Source: the human T2T-CHM13v2.0 reference genome, Homo sapiens | Assembly: GCF_009914755.1 (NCBI RefSeq) | Contig: NC_060925.1 | Direction: 5' to 3' (one strand) | DNA: 64,000 nucleotides | In this document: one piece after another, positions 19,734-31,029 of the stretch | Position numbering within the stretch: the first letter of the stretch is position 1 | How the letters are laid out: each line of letters starts with the position of its first letter | Program-made: the position numbers and the translations under genes | Notes under the pieces: model-generated | Seen by the model: the letters and a program-made list of their open reading frames with translations, nothing else | Database searches by the model: none | What the model was told of the DNA's origin: nothing

Positions 19734-20819
19734 TCACGTCCTCCTCTTCTTCCTCCCATTGGTTACATCAAAGGTCCGGGGGCCCCCCAGGGCCACCTTG
19801 TCTTCCTCCACCAAAGCCACCTCGGTCCATGCCCAGCCACCACGGAAGCCACTTCTGTCTCTACCACAGCCACCTCTGAACATTCCACCGGGACCACCAT
19901 GATCCATGAGGCCACCTCTTCCTCCCCACATGCCACCAGGGCCACCTCTGCCATGATCACCACCCGGGGGTGGGAAGGGTGGCGGGAGGAAGCCTTCAGG
20001 CTTTGGAGCCTTACACTTGTTGCTCTCTGTTCTCCAGGCGAAGTTCTGGTTTCCACAACCCGGATTGGGACACTGCCTGTCTCCAGCTTGGTGCTGGACG
20101 TTTCCTCCTCCAGAGGTGTTCCCTCGGGAACCCTGGGGTCCTCTTGGAGGGAGGCCTCCTCTATCTCCTCCACGGCCTCCCATGTGACCCATGGGTCCCC
20201 CAGGACTTCCTGGGCCTCCTGGACCTCCGCAGAGTGGTGGTGGCATCCCTCTGCCCTCACGGGGTGGCATACCACCCTGCATACTGTTCACTGGAGGCCT
20301 CTTCCGAGCAAGAGAGACTTTAAGTTTGCTCCCTTGAAAATCTTTCCCATCAAACCATTCCACGGCAGCTTTGGCAGTAGGTGAGTCTTCACAGGACACT
20401 GTGGCATCACCTTTGGGCTTTCTTGTTTCCTTGTCCAGGTAGGTGTGGATCATGGGTTGCTCAGTTCTCTTGTTCATCTTAACAACCCCACACTGCTTAA
20501 AGAAGTCTACCAGATCATCTAGAGTCACATTGTCATTTAATCCTTGTACATAAATTGCACTGTTGTCAGAGTCTTCATCTGGATCTACAGGTGGGCCTAG
20601 ATCAAGATCTGGTCCTTCATCCATGGGTCCACCAGGCTTATTGAAGCCAACTTGCTCTCCAGCGCTGCCCATTCCACCGCATCCTCCTCCCCGCCCACCT
20701 CTGCTCATGCCTCCACGATCAAATCCCCCTCTTCCCCTGCCCCAGTTATCAGGGCCACTCATGCTCCGGTTCTCTCCTAGTCCGGAAAATCCTCCAGACT
20801 CCTGCCCATAAACACCCAT
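19734..20819 (-). CDS. Residual open frame of the retrocopy: RGG-RRM-RGG-degenerate ZnF starting at Met275, frameshifted C-terminus (translation not shown)
   Basis: Same frame as the N-terminal ORF; Kozak agcATGG. ZnF has Trp>Arg and Cys>Ser. A frameshift at ~19833 removes the PY-NLS. Confidence 0.12.
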   Translation of the reverse strand: MGVYGQESGGFSGLGENRSMSGPDNWGRGRGGFDRGGMSRGGRGGGCGGMGSAGEQVGFNKPGGPMDEGPDLDLGPPVDPDEDSDNSAIYVQGLNDNVTLDDLVDFFKQCGVVKMNKRTEQPMIHTYLDKETRKPKGDATVSCEDSPTAKAAVEWFDGKDFQGSKLKVSLARKRPPVNSMQGGMPPREGRGMPPPLCGGPGGPGSPGGPMGHMGGRGGDRGGLPPRGPQGSRGNTSGGGNVQHQAGDRQCPNPGCGNQNFAWRTESNKCKAPKPEGFLPPPFPPPGGDHGRGGPGGMWGGRGGLMDHGGPGGMFRGGCGRDRSGFRGGWAWTEVALVEEDKVALGGPRTFDVTNGRKKRRT

Positions 20820-20906
20820 GCTACTGGGGTGGTCCTGTCAGAATGAACTCTGCTGCCCGTAGCTGCTGCTCTGTTAGCTATACTGACTTGGAGCTTGGCT
20901 GTAGGA

Positions 20907-21641
20907 TCAAGTTTGGGGTGGGTAACTAGTGGGAGGCAGCTGCCCATAGCTGCTTTGTTGACCATAGCTACTCTGCTGTCCATAGCTGCTCGGTTTCCCA
21001 TAGGTGTTCTGCTGAGAGTAACTGCTCTGATCATAACTAGTTGGCTGTGTAGAGGAATAGCTGGTAGGAGGGTAGGATGGAGGTGCGGTGACTGGCTGCA
21101 TGGAGTAGCTCCCAGGTACCTGGGGATAACTGCAGTTACTCTGTCCATATCCTAGGCTGGGCTGGTTGTAACCCCCTGTGCTAGATTGAGGTTGACTAGT
21201 CTCAGTGGGCTTGTTTCCATTCTGCGGTCTTGTAGGTGCAGTGGCTACTGGCTGCTGCCCATAAGCTGGATAAGCAGGCTGAGTGCCATATGCAGATTGA
21301 GCTGCATAGGAGGCCTGGGTGGTGGTGACTGTAGCAGTGGTGGTATCATAAGCACCAGTGCCATACCCCTGGACAGGCTGGCTGTATGCCTGGGGGGCAG
21401 TTGGAGTAGTATAACCAGTGGGAGGCTGTCCATAAGAAGTTGCATAGGCGGTCTGCCCATAGATTGCAGTGGTCTGAGCCTGGGTATAGCTGACATCAAT
21501 GGGCTGTCCATAGGTTCCATAGCTTTGTTGCCCATATGCCTGGGTGGTCTGTGCATATCCTTGAGTGGGCTGGGTGTTGTAAGCACTGTAGCCCTGCTGC
21601 GCTGCAGCTTGGCTATAGGTACTGTAATCCATGGATGCCAT
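20907..21641 (-). CDS. Residual open frame of the retrocopy: EWSR1 low-complexity/activation domain, aa 1-244 (translation not shown)
   Basis: Uninterrupted 244 codons, strong Kozak context gagaaaATGG, ends at GGA>TGA (codon 245). Confidence 0.2.
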   Translation of the reverse strand: MASMDYSTYSQAAAQQGYSAYNTQPTQGYAQTTQAYGQQSYGTYGQPIDVSYTQAQTTAIYGQTAYATSYGQPPTGYTTPTAPQAYSQPVQGYGTGAYDTTTATVTTTQASYAAQSAYGTQPAYPAYGQQPVATAPTRPQNGNKPTETSQPQSSTGGYNQPSLGYGQSNCSYPQVPGSYSMQPVTAPPSYPPTSYSSTQPTSYDQSSYSQQNTYGKPSSYGQQSSYGQQSSYGQLPPTSYPPQT

Positions 21642-24600
21642 TTTCTCTCCTTCCTCCTCGTTCTCTCAACGTCCCCATCTGTTGTTTATTGACTTTTTAA
21701 TAATAGTCATTCTGACTGGTGTGGTTTTGATTTGCATTTCTCTAATGATCAGTGATATTCAACTTTTTTTCATATGTTTCTTGGCCACATGTATGTCTTC
21801 TTTTGTAGTGCCTGTTCATGTCCTTTCCCACTTTTTAATAGGGGTGTTTGTTTTTTTTCTTGTAAATTTCTTTAAGTTCCTTATAGTTGCTGGATGTTAG
21901 ACCTTTGTTAAATGCATAGGTTGCAAAAGTTTTCTCCCATTCTGTAGGTTGACGATTTGCTTTGTTGATAGTTTCTTTTGCTGTGCAGAAGCTCTTAAGT
22001 TTAATTAGATCCCACTTGTCAATTTTTGCTTTTGTTGCAATTGCTTTTGGTGTCTTTGTCATGAAATCTTTGCTCATTCCTATATCTAGGATGGTATTGC
22101 CCAGGTTTTCTTCTAGGGTTTTTATAGTTTTGAGTTCTACATTTAAGTTTTTTAATCCATCTTGAGTTGATTTTTGTACATGATGTAACGAAGGGGTTCA
22201 GTTTCAATCTTCTGCATATGGCTAGCCAGATCCCAGCACCATTTATTGAGCAGGGAGTCCTTTCCCCATTGCTTGTTTTTGTCAGCTTTGTCAAAGGTCA
22301 GTGGTTGTAGGTGTGCAGCCTTATTTCTGGGCCCTCTATTCTGTTCCATTGGTCTATATGTCTGTTTTTGTACCAGTACCATTCTGTTTTGGTTACTGTA
22401 GACCTGTAGTATAGTTTGAAGTCAGGTAGTATGATGCCTCCAGCTTTGTTCTTTTTGCTTAGGATTGCCTTGGCTATTTGAGCTCCTTTTTTTGTTCTAT
22501 GTGAATTTTAAAAGTTATTTCTAGCTCTGTGAAGAATGACACTGGTGGTTTGATAGGAATAGCATTGAATCTTTAAATTGCTTTGGGCAGTCTGGCCATT
22601 TTAATGATATTGATTCTTCCTATCTGTGAGCATGGAATGTTTTTCTATTTGTTTGTCACCTCTGATTTCTTTGAGCAGTGTTTTGTAATTCTCATTGTAG
22701 AGATCTGTCACCTCCCTGGTTAGCTGTATTCCTAGGTATTTTATTATTTTTGTGGCGGTTGTGAATGAGATTGTGTTCTTGATTTGGCTCTTGGCTTGGC
22801 TGTTGTTGGTGTATAGGAGTGCTGGTGATTTCTGTATGTGGATCTTATATCCTGAAACTTTGCCGAAGTTATTTATCAGCTGAAGGAGCTTTTGAGACTA
22901 TGGGGTTTTCTAGATATAGGATCATGTCATCTGCAAACAGAGCTAGTTTGACTTCCTCTCTTCCTTTTTGGATGCCTTTATTTCTTTCTCTTGCCTGATT
23001 ACCCTGGCCAGGACTTCCAATACTATGTTGAATAGGCATGGTAAGAGAAGGTATCCTTGTTTTGTGTCTGTTTTCAAAGGAAGTGCTTCTAGCTTTTGCC
23101 CATTCTGTATGATGCTGGCTGTGGGCTTGTCATAGATGGCTTTTATTATTTTGAGGTATGTTCCTTCAATACCTACTTTATTGAGAGTTTTTAATGAAGT
23201 GGTGGTGAATTTTATTGAAAGCCTTCTCTGCATCTATTGAGATAATCATGTGGTTTTTTTTGTCTTTAGTTCTGTTTACGTGATGAATTGCATTTATTGA
23301 TTTGCATATGTTGAGCCAAACTTGCATCCCAGGGATGAAGCCTATTTGGTGATTGTGGTGGATTAGCTTTTTGATGGGCTGCACCATTTTACATTCCTAG
23401 CAATAAAGCACAAAGGTTCCAATTTCTCCACATCCTCACCAACACTTGTTATTTTCTGTTTTTTTTTTCTTTGTTGACGGTAGCCATTCTAATGGCTTTG
23501 TGGTGATATCTCATGGTGGTTTCAATTTATGTTTCCCTAATAATTAGTGATATTGAACATGTTTTTATATACTTGTTGGCTATTTGTGTATCTTTTTTGG
23601 AGAAGTGTCTGTTGAAGTCCTTTGCCTATTTTTAAATCAAGGTATTTGGTTTTTTTCATTGTTGGGTTGTAGGAGTTCTTTATATATTCTGGATATCAAT
23701 TCCTCAATCAGATATATAATTTGCAAATATTTTCTCCCATTTTGTATGTCACTTTTCCACTCTGTTCATTGTGTCTTTTGATGTATAAAAGTTTTAAGTT
23801 TTGATGCAGTCTCTTAACAGACTTTATAATTTTAGTAATTATCACTTTTCCTATAAAAACTACCATTCTTGTGTGCTTGCCACTGTTTTTTCTCTATCAT
23901 CCAATTCTTATTCTTTTACATTTATTAGGGTTAACATTTCTGAATCATGAGTGTTGTGATTGATTTTTTATAGTATGAAAGAAATCCCAGTAATAGGTTG
24001 AAATGTGAAAAACAAGAAAGGGGGATAGACATTTTATCACTTCATGTGGAAAAACTAAGAAGTGGCAAGGGCTAGTGGAGGTTAATAATGATAATGTGGT
24101 GTAGCACTTTGCAGTAATCATTTCTTTCTTTCAATGACCTTGTGTAGAAAATATTGTTTTTCCCACTTTACAGATGATAAAACTGGGACTAAAGAGGAAG
24201 TATCTTCCTCAGACTCTCACTGTCAATGTGCACTAAAACATCATAAACATTTTACTATTCTATGCCAGTTCTCCAAAGAGTGATTTTCAAATTCTTTCAT
24301 AAAACAAGTCGATTGAGTCTTACCTCATTTTTCTCATTTCACCTTGCCTGTGTCATGAAATTGATAATAGCTTCTTCATCATTGCAGGCATTGTATCATA
24401 AACTTCTTATACATTATCTCATCAGTTCACACCTTACTGTGCATGACAGCCAGAGGCTCAGAGAAGCTGATGAATTTTGCCCAAGATCACACTTCTGGGA
24501 AGACATAGAGCAAGGATTTGTATCCAAGTCAGTTTGATTTCAGAGCTTTTCAATCTAAAGTTTAGATCATGAAAGTAAACATAATTTAAATCTTAGGATA

Positions 24601-24719
24601 AAGTACACTGCTTAAATTGTCTTTATTATAAAGTAATTCAAAAGTTCCTTTTATCTACTCATTTATTTTGCTTAGACTCTAAGTCCCCTTATATTTGGAG
24701 CTTGTTACGGAAGAGAGAT

Positions 24720-24940
24720 GTAATCTCAAATCTCTGCTGGGCAACTAACTAGCTGTGTGACTTTAGGCAAGTTATTAACTCCTCTCAGCCTCGTTTTTTT
24801 CCCCATTGGAAAACTGTCCATTATATTACTTACTTTATGTGATTAATTTGAGCATTAAATAAAATAATGTATGCACAAGTGCTTACAGATAGCCTGACAC
24901 ACAGCAAGCACTCGGTAAACACTAGCTATTATTATTAATT
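24720..24940 (+). mobile_element. MIR
   Basis: Core 'actagctgtgtgactttaggcaagttattaactcctctcagcctc'. Confidence 0.8.
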
Positions 24941-25046
24941 TTATAAACAAATCTGATCCATATAGTATATACCATAATGGCTGTATGTTCTTATCTTAGT
25001 TCTTAATAATTTTTCTTTTCCAAATATAGTATATAAGAAGAGACCT

Positions 25047-25358
25047 AGCCGGGCGCGGTGGCTCACGCCTGTAATCCCAGCACTTTGGGAGGCCAAGGCA
25101 GGCAGATCATGAGGTCAGGAGATCGAGACCATTCTGGCTAACACGGTGAAACCCCGTCTCTACTAAAAGTACAAAAAATTAGGCAGGCACGGTGGCAGGC
25201 GCCTGTAGTCCCAGCTGCTCAGGAGGCTGAGGCAGGAGAATGGTGTGAACCCAGGAGGCAGAGCTTGCAGTGAGCCGAGATGGCGCCACTGCACTCCAGC
25301 CTGGGCAACAGTGCAAGACTCCGTCTCAAAAAAAAAAAAAAAAAAAAAAAAGAAGAAG
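25047..25358 (+). mobile_element. AluY
   Basis: 'gatcgagaccattctggctaacacgg' and 'gagcttgcagtgagccgag'; long A-tail then (GAA)n; TSD aagaagaga(c/t)ct at 25035-25046 and 25359-25370. Confidence 0.96.
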
Positions 25359-25419
25359 AAGAAGAGATCTGCAGTGGAAGTTTTCACTGGAAAAGTTAAC
25401 TATGGACAGATTCTGTATC

Positions 25420-25934
25420 ATTTAGGACTTGATATGGCTGCATATTTTGGAAAAACCAAAACAACATTGCATCAAACATACAGGGCTTATTCTCTTACCT
25501 AAAAAGAAGTTCAGAGGCAGGCAGGGCATAACTGGAATAACAGTGCCATGAAGTCATCCAGACCCAGATTCTGTCTGTCTTTTCCGCCCCATATTCTCTA
25601 GATCATAGACACCACCTTTAAAGTAATCTAATGGTCCAAGATGGCTGCTGAAGTTCTAGTCATAATACTCATATTCAAGGCAGCAGGAAGGAAGAAGAAT
25701 AGAAAGACAGAAAGGGCACAACTCTCCGTTTTAAGGAGTCTTTCTGGGAGTCCCATATGTTCCACTTACATTTTATTGACCAGACTTCAGTCACAGGACT
25801 GGTTTTACCTAGCAGGAAGACAGTCTGGGAAATGCAGTCGTTTAGTTGGTTTCATTCCCACCCTAGTCTGAATTCTGTTACTAAGAAAGAAGAAGAAAGT
25901 GGTACTGGAACAGTAATTTGCAATTTCTGCCTCA
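25420..25934 (-). mobile_element. Old MLT1 (J/K-like) LTR
   Basis: 'ccaagatggctgctgaagttctag' and 'ttttattgaccagact' MLT1 hallmarks. Confidence 0.55.
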
Positions 25935-27625
25935 CAGGCAAGAATTGGTACTGATTAGTGTTTTAGGGCAGCTATGTTCCTAAGGTGTCAGGGTTGCTTC
26001 TGAGGGTGGACAGGGTCTAGACAGGACAGAGACCCAGAGATCTGGATTTTTATGTTGAAAATATTGAAGTTGCATGGAAGCTTTGTTCTGCTAAAAGGAT
26101 TCCACTGCCTAAATTAACTCTGCAAAGCAGTCTTGGAGAGGAAGAACAATGTCAGTGCATTCAAAACAAGATTGAAGGCAGGAATACTACAAAAAGGATG
26201 TGAGGAGTATACCTGGAAAGATGAGAAGTAGAGGAGCATAAAGTAACAACAACAAAAAAGTTACCCATGTGCATGTCCCTGTAGCTAACCCAAGAGGTGA
26301 TTGTGTTGATTTGTCAACGTGCTGTGGAAGTCCCATAGGGAAGGGGTGAAATCTCATTCCCTTGTAAAGATATGGCTGTACAGAACCCATGTTTGATGTT
26401 GGGTCAGAACTTACGTTTTAGCGACACTGGATTTAACCACACATTGACTGTTGTGATCAACGATTCCACTGACCTTCCCAGCCTTATTTTGAGCAAGTAA
26501 ATGTCTGGGATTTCTGAGGTAGTTCTGTATTCAATTTTTCTGTTCCAGCAGACTCATAAGGACATTTATGCTTGTCGGATCATGTGTTCTGATTTCTGGT
26601 ACTCGATGCCCTGCCAAGGATTGATTCACTCTTGCCACATGTTCCCCAGGCCTAGTGCATCAGTAAGTATTTGATAAATGTTTGTTGACAAGAATTGCTA
26701 CTAATCATGTACTGCAATTGAGTTTCAAATAACACTAGTCCTCACTCCCAAACTGTCTTCAGAACCTGTGTGGTAAGATCACCTTACAATGAGGCCAAAT
26801 ATTTTTTCTTCAGTGACTAAAACCCTTGGAGGGGTCTCTGATGGCACCTCTTGATGCTGAAGTCCTTTCCAAAGAGAGCAGAGCTTTGAGGAAGACCCAG
26901 GAGAGGGAACTTCTATAGTGAGAACTTGCTTGAGGAAAGGCTTGCCCTTGGGATAGGCCTGTCTGTCCCGTCTTTCTGATCCTGGACAGGGTCCCTGGCT
27001 ACAGCTGCCTGAGGGATCTAAGGCCTTGGGCCCTCCTGTTTCCCTTCCTCAAAATGCCTCTTCTGCCCAGTGAATGCCTTCTCCCTCTGTCAGTGCCCTG
27101 ACTCTGTGTAAGAAGCCACTGCAGGGGCCCTGAAAATCTTGCTGTTTGTATCCCTCCTTACAGGGGGTCTACTTTCTGTAGGTTTTGTAGAAGACACCTT
27201 TTCTGACTTCTTCCCCTTAATACTAGAGCTCTCTGCTCTCTGTCACCATCTGAACTTCCCCTCGTGCTATCAGCTCCTGATATAGGAGTGGAATCGGGGT
27301 CAGGGGTAAATTTTTCATGATAGCCCCAGTGGAGACTTCTATGTATATCTTCTCACAGAATCACTTTGAGAAGGAACGCAAAGCTCTGGAGCCCTCTCTC
27401 AGCCCTGCTAGGATCTCCAGTTACAGTTTCTCTGGGGAATACATTCTGAGTTGCACGTCACCACTAACATTTTTTTAAACCCACGGTATGCAGGCGTTGA
27501 GGACTGCCTGTGTGTCTGGAACATCATGTTGTAGGGGAAGGTTAAACATTAAAATGGGTAGAATTTTCCTGTTCCTATGGGCATGAGCTACTCTGTAGCT
27601 CAATTCTAAAGCCTTTGCAGTATAA

Positions 27626-27787
27626 AGTAGTGCTTCAAAACCGGACTATGCCTCAGCATCACCTGGAAAGCTTGTTAAAAATGTGGAATCTTGGGTCTCA
27701 CCCTAGGACACTCTGACTCACAGGGACTGGTGTGAGGAGCAGAAGTGTTTTTAAGGACTTCTTCAGGTGGTTTGGAGGCAGCCACTG
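27626..27787. mobile_element. MER5-type hAT MITE
   Basis: 'agcatcacctggaaagcttgttaaaaatgtggaatcttggg...agccactg'. Confidence 0.7.
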
Positions 27788-29229
27788 GTTAATGGATATC
27801 TATCCATGACAGAGCAACTTTGCATAAGCAGCGCAAAGCACAGCCATTGCATGGTGTTGTGGAATGACACTGGCTCTGGATCAGAGGACTGCGTCCAAAT
27901 GCTAGTGCGATCAATTCTTGCAGCGTGAACTTGGCAAAATCAATGGACACTGGGGAAAACTGGAGAGCTTGAAGAGGTTAAACTTTTCAACCAATTTAGG
28001 TCGTACAGGGCATGAGACCACTCCCCAAAGGACAGAAGAGAACCGAATGGGGTGAACTAGAATTGGGAGGAGGCAAGAGTTTTGTTTGGGAGTTTGGAAA
28101 AGGTGGAGATTGGGGATCTTCGTGGTACTGTGAGATTTTAGGAAGACAGGTACAGGGAGTTTCTGCTGTATGTTTTACAATGTAATTGACTTCACTAAAG
28201 ACCTACACAATTTCTTAATGTTGTTGGGTTTGGATTTGTATTTATTTTGGATGTGACACTATGCTGAGACTGACCTATAGGCAGCCCAATTTTACTAAGA
28301 TTATAAATGTAAAAATGCTACCCTTGCAGGACTGTTGTGAGGATTTTAGAAACCCTATTTTAAAACGTCTTTTAAATACTAGATGCTCAAAAAGTGGTAG
28401 CCATTATTGGAAAATTAGTAATTATGAAGTACCTACTATATACTATATGTTGTGTTAGGCATTGAGGATACAGAAGGCGAATAAGGAGCACACAGTCCAA
28501 GTGAGTCCATTAACTTTTAATTCAAGAAAGGAAAGGAAATATTTAATTTAATTTTAAAGTAAGTATGTGTTCCAGAAAGTTCTGTGTATGATTTACATAT
28601 TGCCAGGTAACTGACTGCATAAGCTTTGAGTAGAAGTCAGTGAGGATTAGAACCACATACTTCAGATTCTAGCCAGATTCAAAAGTGCCCCAGATGAAAA
28701 GAACCTTTAAGAGCATCAGTTTCATTTTTTCACATTTTTCTGATGAGGAACTGAGGTAGGCAGAGGGAAAGGATTTAAAACTCTTGATAAATTATTACTA
28801 TTTTATGAAGTATTTAAAGATGTGGTCATTATTTATAAGTCATTGCTAGAAATTTTTATGAGATAAACATTTCTTAAAGTATAAATGTCAGTGCTAAAGT
28901 TTACCTAAAAATCATCTGGTTCAAACTGATTATTTTACTAAGGAGGGACCTGGGGGTATATTTTATTTTGTTTACTGCTCAGTCATAGCTTGCAAGTGAC
29001 TGCATTTAAGGTGGATTTAGGATGGGGCTTGGTAAATGATAGTACAGAAACCTTGAACTTTTTTTTTCCAAAAGAGTATTGATAAACTACTTTCAAAATG
29101 TATTTCCTTTCCTTTCTTGACTGACTGGGTTTGTTTGGCTACACAGCTAAAAGTCAACTGGAATAAAGAAAGGTGAAAAGTATATAAATATATGATATGC
29201 CTATACATAGACAAAAGATGTATGTGTAA

Positions 29230-29775
29230 GTTGGAATGCATTTGGATACAGTGACATATGCTTAATAATGGCTTAAGCATCAAAGATATATAATTATACC
29301 ATGTAGCAAAAAGTCTGGAGATAGAGGATTCCAAGTTTGGTTTATTGGCTCAATCTGTCATTAGACAGTCAGGCTTTTAAAAACCTTTCTGCTTTACCAT
29401 ACTCAGCATATTGGCTTTTTGTCCATAGGCAGACAAGCCTAAAATGGCTGCCTCAAGTCCAAGCATCATACTTTACACACTCACATTCGAAAAAGAAAAA
29501 AATGCAGCAGACTTTCTCATGATCTGTTTATCATGGAGCAAAATTTCCCCCAGATTCTGCCAGCAGAATTTTTCTAGTTCTCAGTGGCTAGAGCTGTGTT
29601 ACATGCCTCCAATCCCCAGCAAAGAGAAACAAGATTGCCTTAGTGTTTCAGATTAATCATGGTTCACCTCCTAGGACGAAGGAGTTTCCCTCTTTGAGAT
29701 GTTGATTCTCAAACAACTTGAAATTCTGTAAATTAGAGACTAGGGATAGCTACTAGGAAGGAAAACAAGGTGTGG
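29230..29775 (-). mobile_element. Old MLT1-type LTR fragment
   Basis: 'aaaatggctgcctcaagtccaagcatcata' and 'cagtggctagagctgtg'. Confidence 0.5.
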
Positions 29776-29874
29776 GCTAATTATAGGTGAGACACAAAGA
29801 TCCTGTACTTTTTTTGACGAATACTGTACATTGTTAAGTATTACTAAGTACATTGAAAGTAAGACATTTTCTAG

Positions 29875-30135
29875 ATAGGCTAATAGTGAAGTAAATGGGC
29901 TTTGGAGTCAGACAGACATCCTAGGTGGGCATCTCAGCACCAGCACATATTAGCTGTTCTTCAGCAGTTTTCTCATCTGTAAAGGAGAGATAATAACACT
30001 TACCTCACAAGATTTGGGGTATTTGGCTTTGTTTTTTATTTTTTCAAGCAGTGAGTTAAGAAATATTGTGTAATTATTACATACTTTAAACAGTTTCAAG
30101 CATATAGTAAGCACTTGATAAATGTTAGCTGTCTT
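29875..30135 (+). mobile_element. MIR
   Basis: 'ggctttggagtcagacagac...ttctcatctgtaaa...catatagtaagcacttgataaatgttagct'. Confidence 0.8.
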
Positions 30136-31029
30136 TATTTTGGAAACATTGGTGCTGTAAATTTAAATTCTGCTTATCTTCATTCAAGTCAAAATTATAT
30201 AAGACTCTTTTCTGTTTCCCAAGTCTGTAGTTGTACTTTTCTAATTGTAAAACATGGTATCTGGTATAAATGGGTCCCCTCCTTGGGGGAGCGTCTCCTT
30301 TTTAGCCCAGAAAGTAAAGGCAAAATTTTGCAGTGCTTCTTTCTAATTTTCAGACTGCTCTAGAGTGAATCCTATTTAATCAGCTTATTCAGGCCCAGAA
30401 TCCATTTATTTGATCTCAAATTGGATGTTTGCCTCTCAGGTCCAAACCAAAACAACAATGCAATTTACCTTATCTGCTTTACATTTCTGGCTCCCAGAGA
30501 GAAGACTTGGCAAGCACCTCATCTCTCAGGACACTGGGGCACACAGCCCAGTGAGCTTTTTCTCCCAGGCCCAGGAAACTGAACCGATCTGGAAAATTTG
30601 GAAATTTTCAGAAGACTAACAAAATCATTGCCCCGATTCAGGTTATGGTATTGATGGGAGGGAGTATTTGCTTGAAATCCAATCATAGAATTATAAATGT
30701 ATCTGACAGGATGTGGGGCTGGTTGTAAGAGGAAGGGCAATCATTGAGCAGATCTGGTCAAGGTCCTTTTGCCCACTGTGACGTTGACAAGCTCTGGTAC
30801 AATTGGTTGTCCAGATTTTAGTGCTACCCTTATATTTATTCGTTAGAGTTTCCCTGAGAGTTCACCAAACAAACCTACCTCCTTGAGGGATGCTGTGCTT
30901 GGTAATGACAGTCCTAAGGCAGGTGCTTCCTGCATAGTGGGCTTCAGATGATAATGGGTAAATATCTGGGTTCCCAATGTGGGTTAAAAGGAAAACTAGC
31001 CTCTCTTCACATAAAATTCCATTGTAAAC

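Larger units (their letters stand above)
19477..21675 (-). pseudogene. EWSR1: Processed (intronless) pseudogene of EWS RNA-binding protein 1
   Basis: Translation shows the SYGQ-rich N-terminus, RGG boxes, RRM (AIYVQGL...KGDATVS) and RanBP2 ZnF. ATG at 21641; ancestral TAG at 19673-19675, so the CDS is 1969 nt (1971 minus two 1-nt deletions). Has ~34 nt of 5'UTR, the 3'UTR with ATTAAA (19513-19518), a poly-A remnant (19477-19498) and TSD catctgtt at 19469-19476 and 21676-21683. Confidence 0.97.
18810..23376 (-). mobile_element. L1PA13-like 5'-truncated LINE-1, interrupted by the EWSR1 retrocopy
   Basis: 3'UTR 'ttttaggttcagggggtacatgtg...ccctcaagtaggccccag'; ORF2 fragments at 21835-23387; perfect TSD ggctgcaccatttta at 18795-18809 and 23377-23391. 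Confidence 0.88.
18175..23813 (-). mobile_element. L1MB-type element; outermost layer of a three-level nest (segments 18175-18809 and 23377-23813)
   Basis: 3' end 'aaccatttttaagtgtacagttcagtagtgtt'; sequence is contiguous across the inner TSD. Confidence 0.8.

Noticed and set aside
19648-21692. Several overlapping + strand and alternate-frame ORFs of 80-170 aa
   Set aside because: Shadows of the GC-rich EWSR1 coding sequence.
21715-21730. 18-nt deletion in the host L1 about 40 bp from the retrocopy junction
   Set aside because: Lies outside the TSD and is bounded by short TG/GTG microhomology; most likely an independent slippage event.
26788-26982. ~65-codon open frame on the minus strand between weak splice-like sites
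   Set aside because: Length is within chance expectation, splice signals are weak and no homolog is recognisable.
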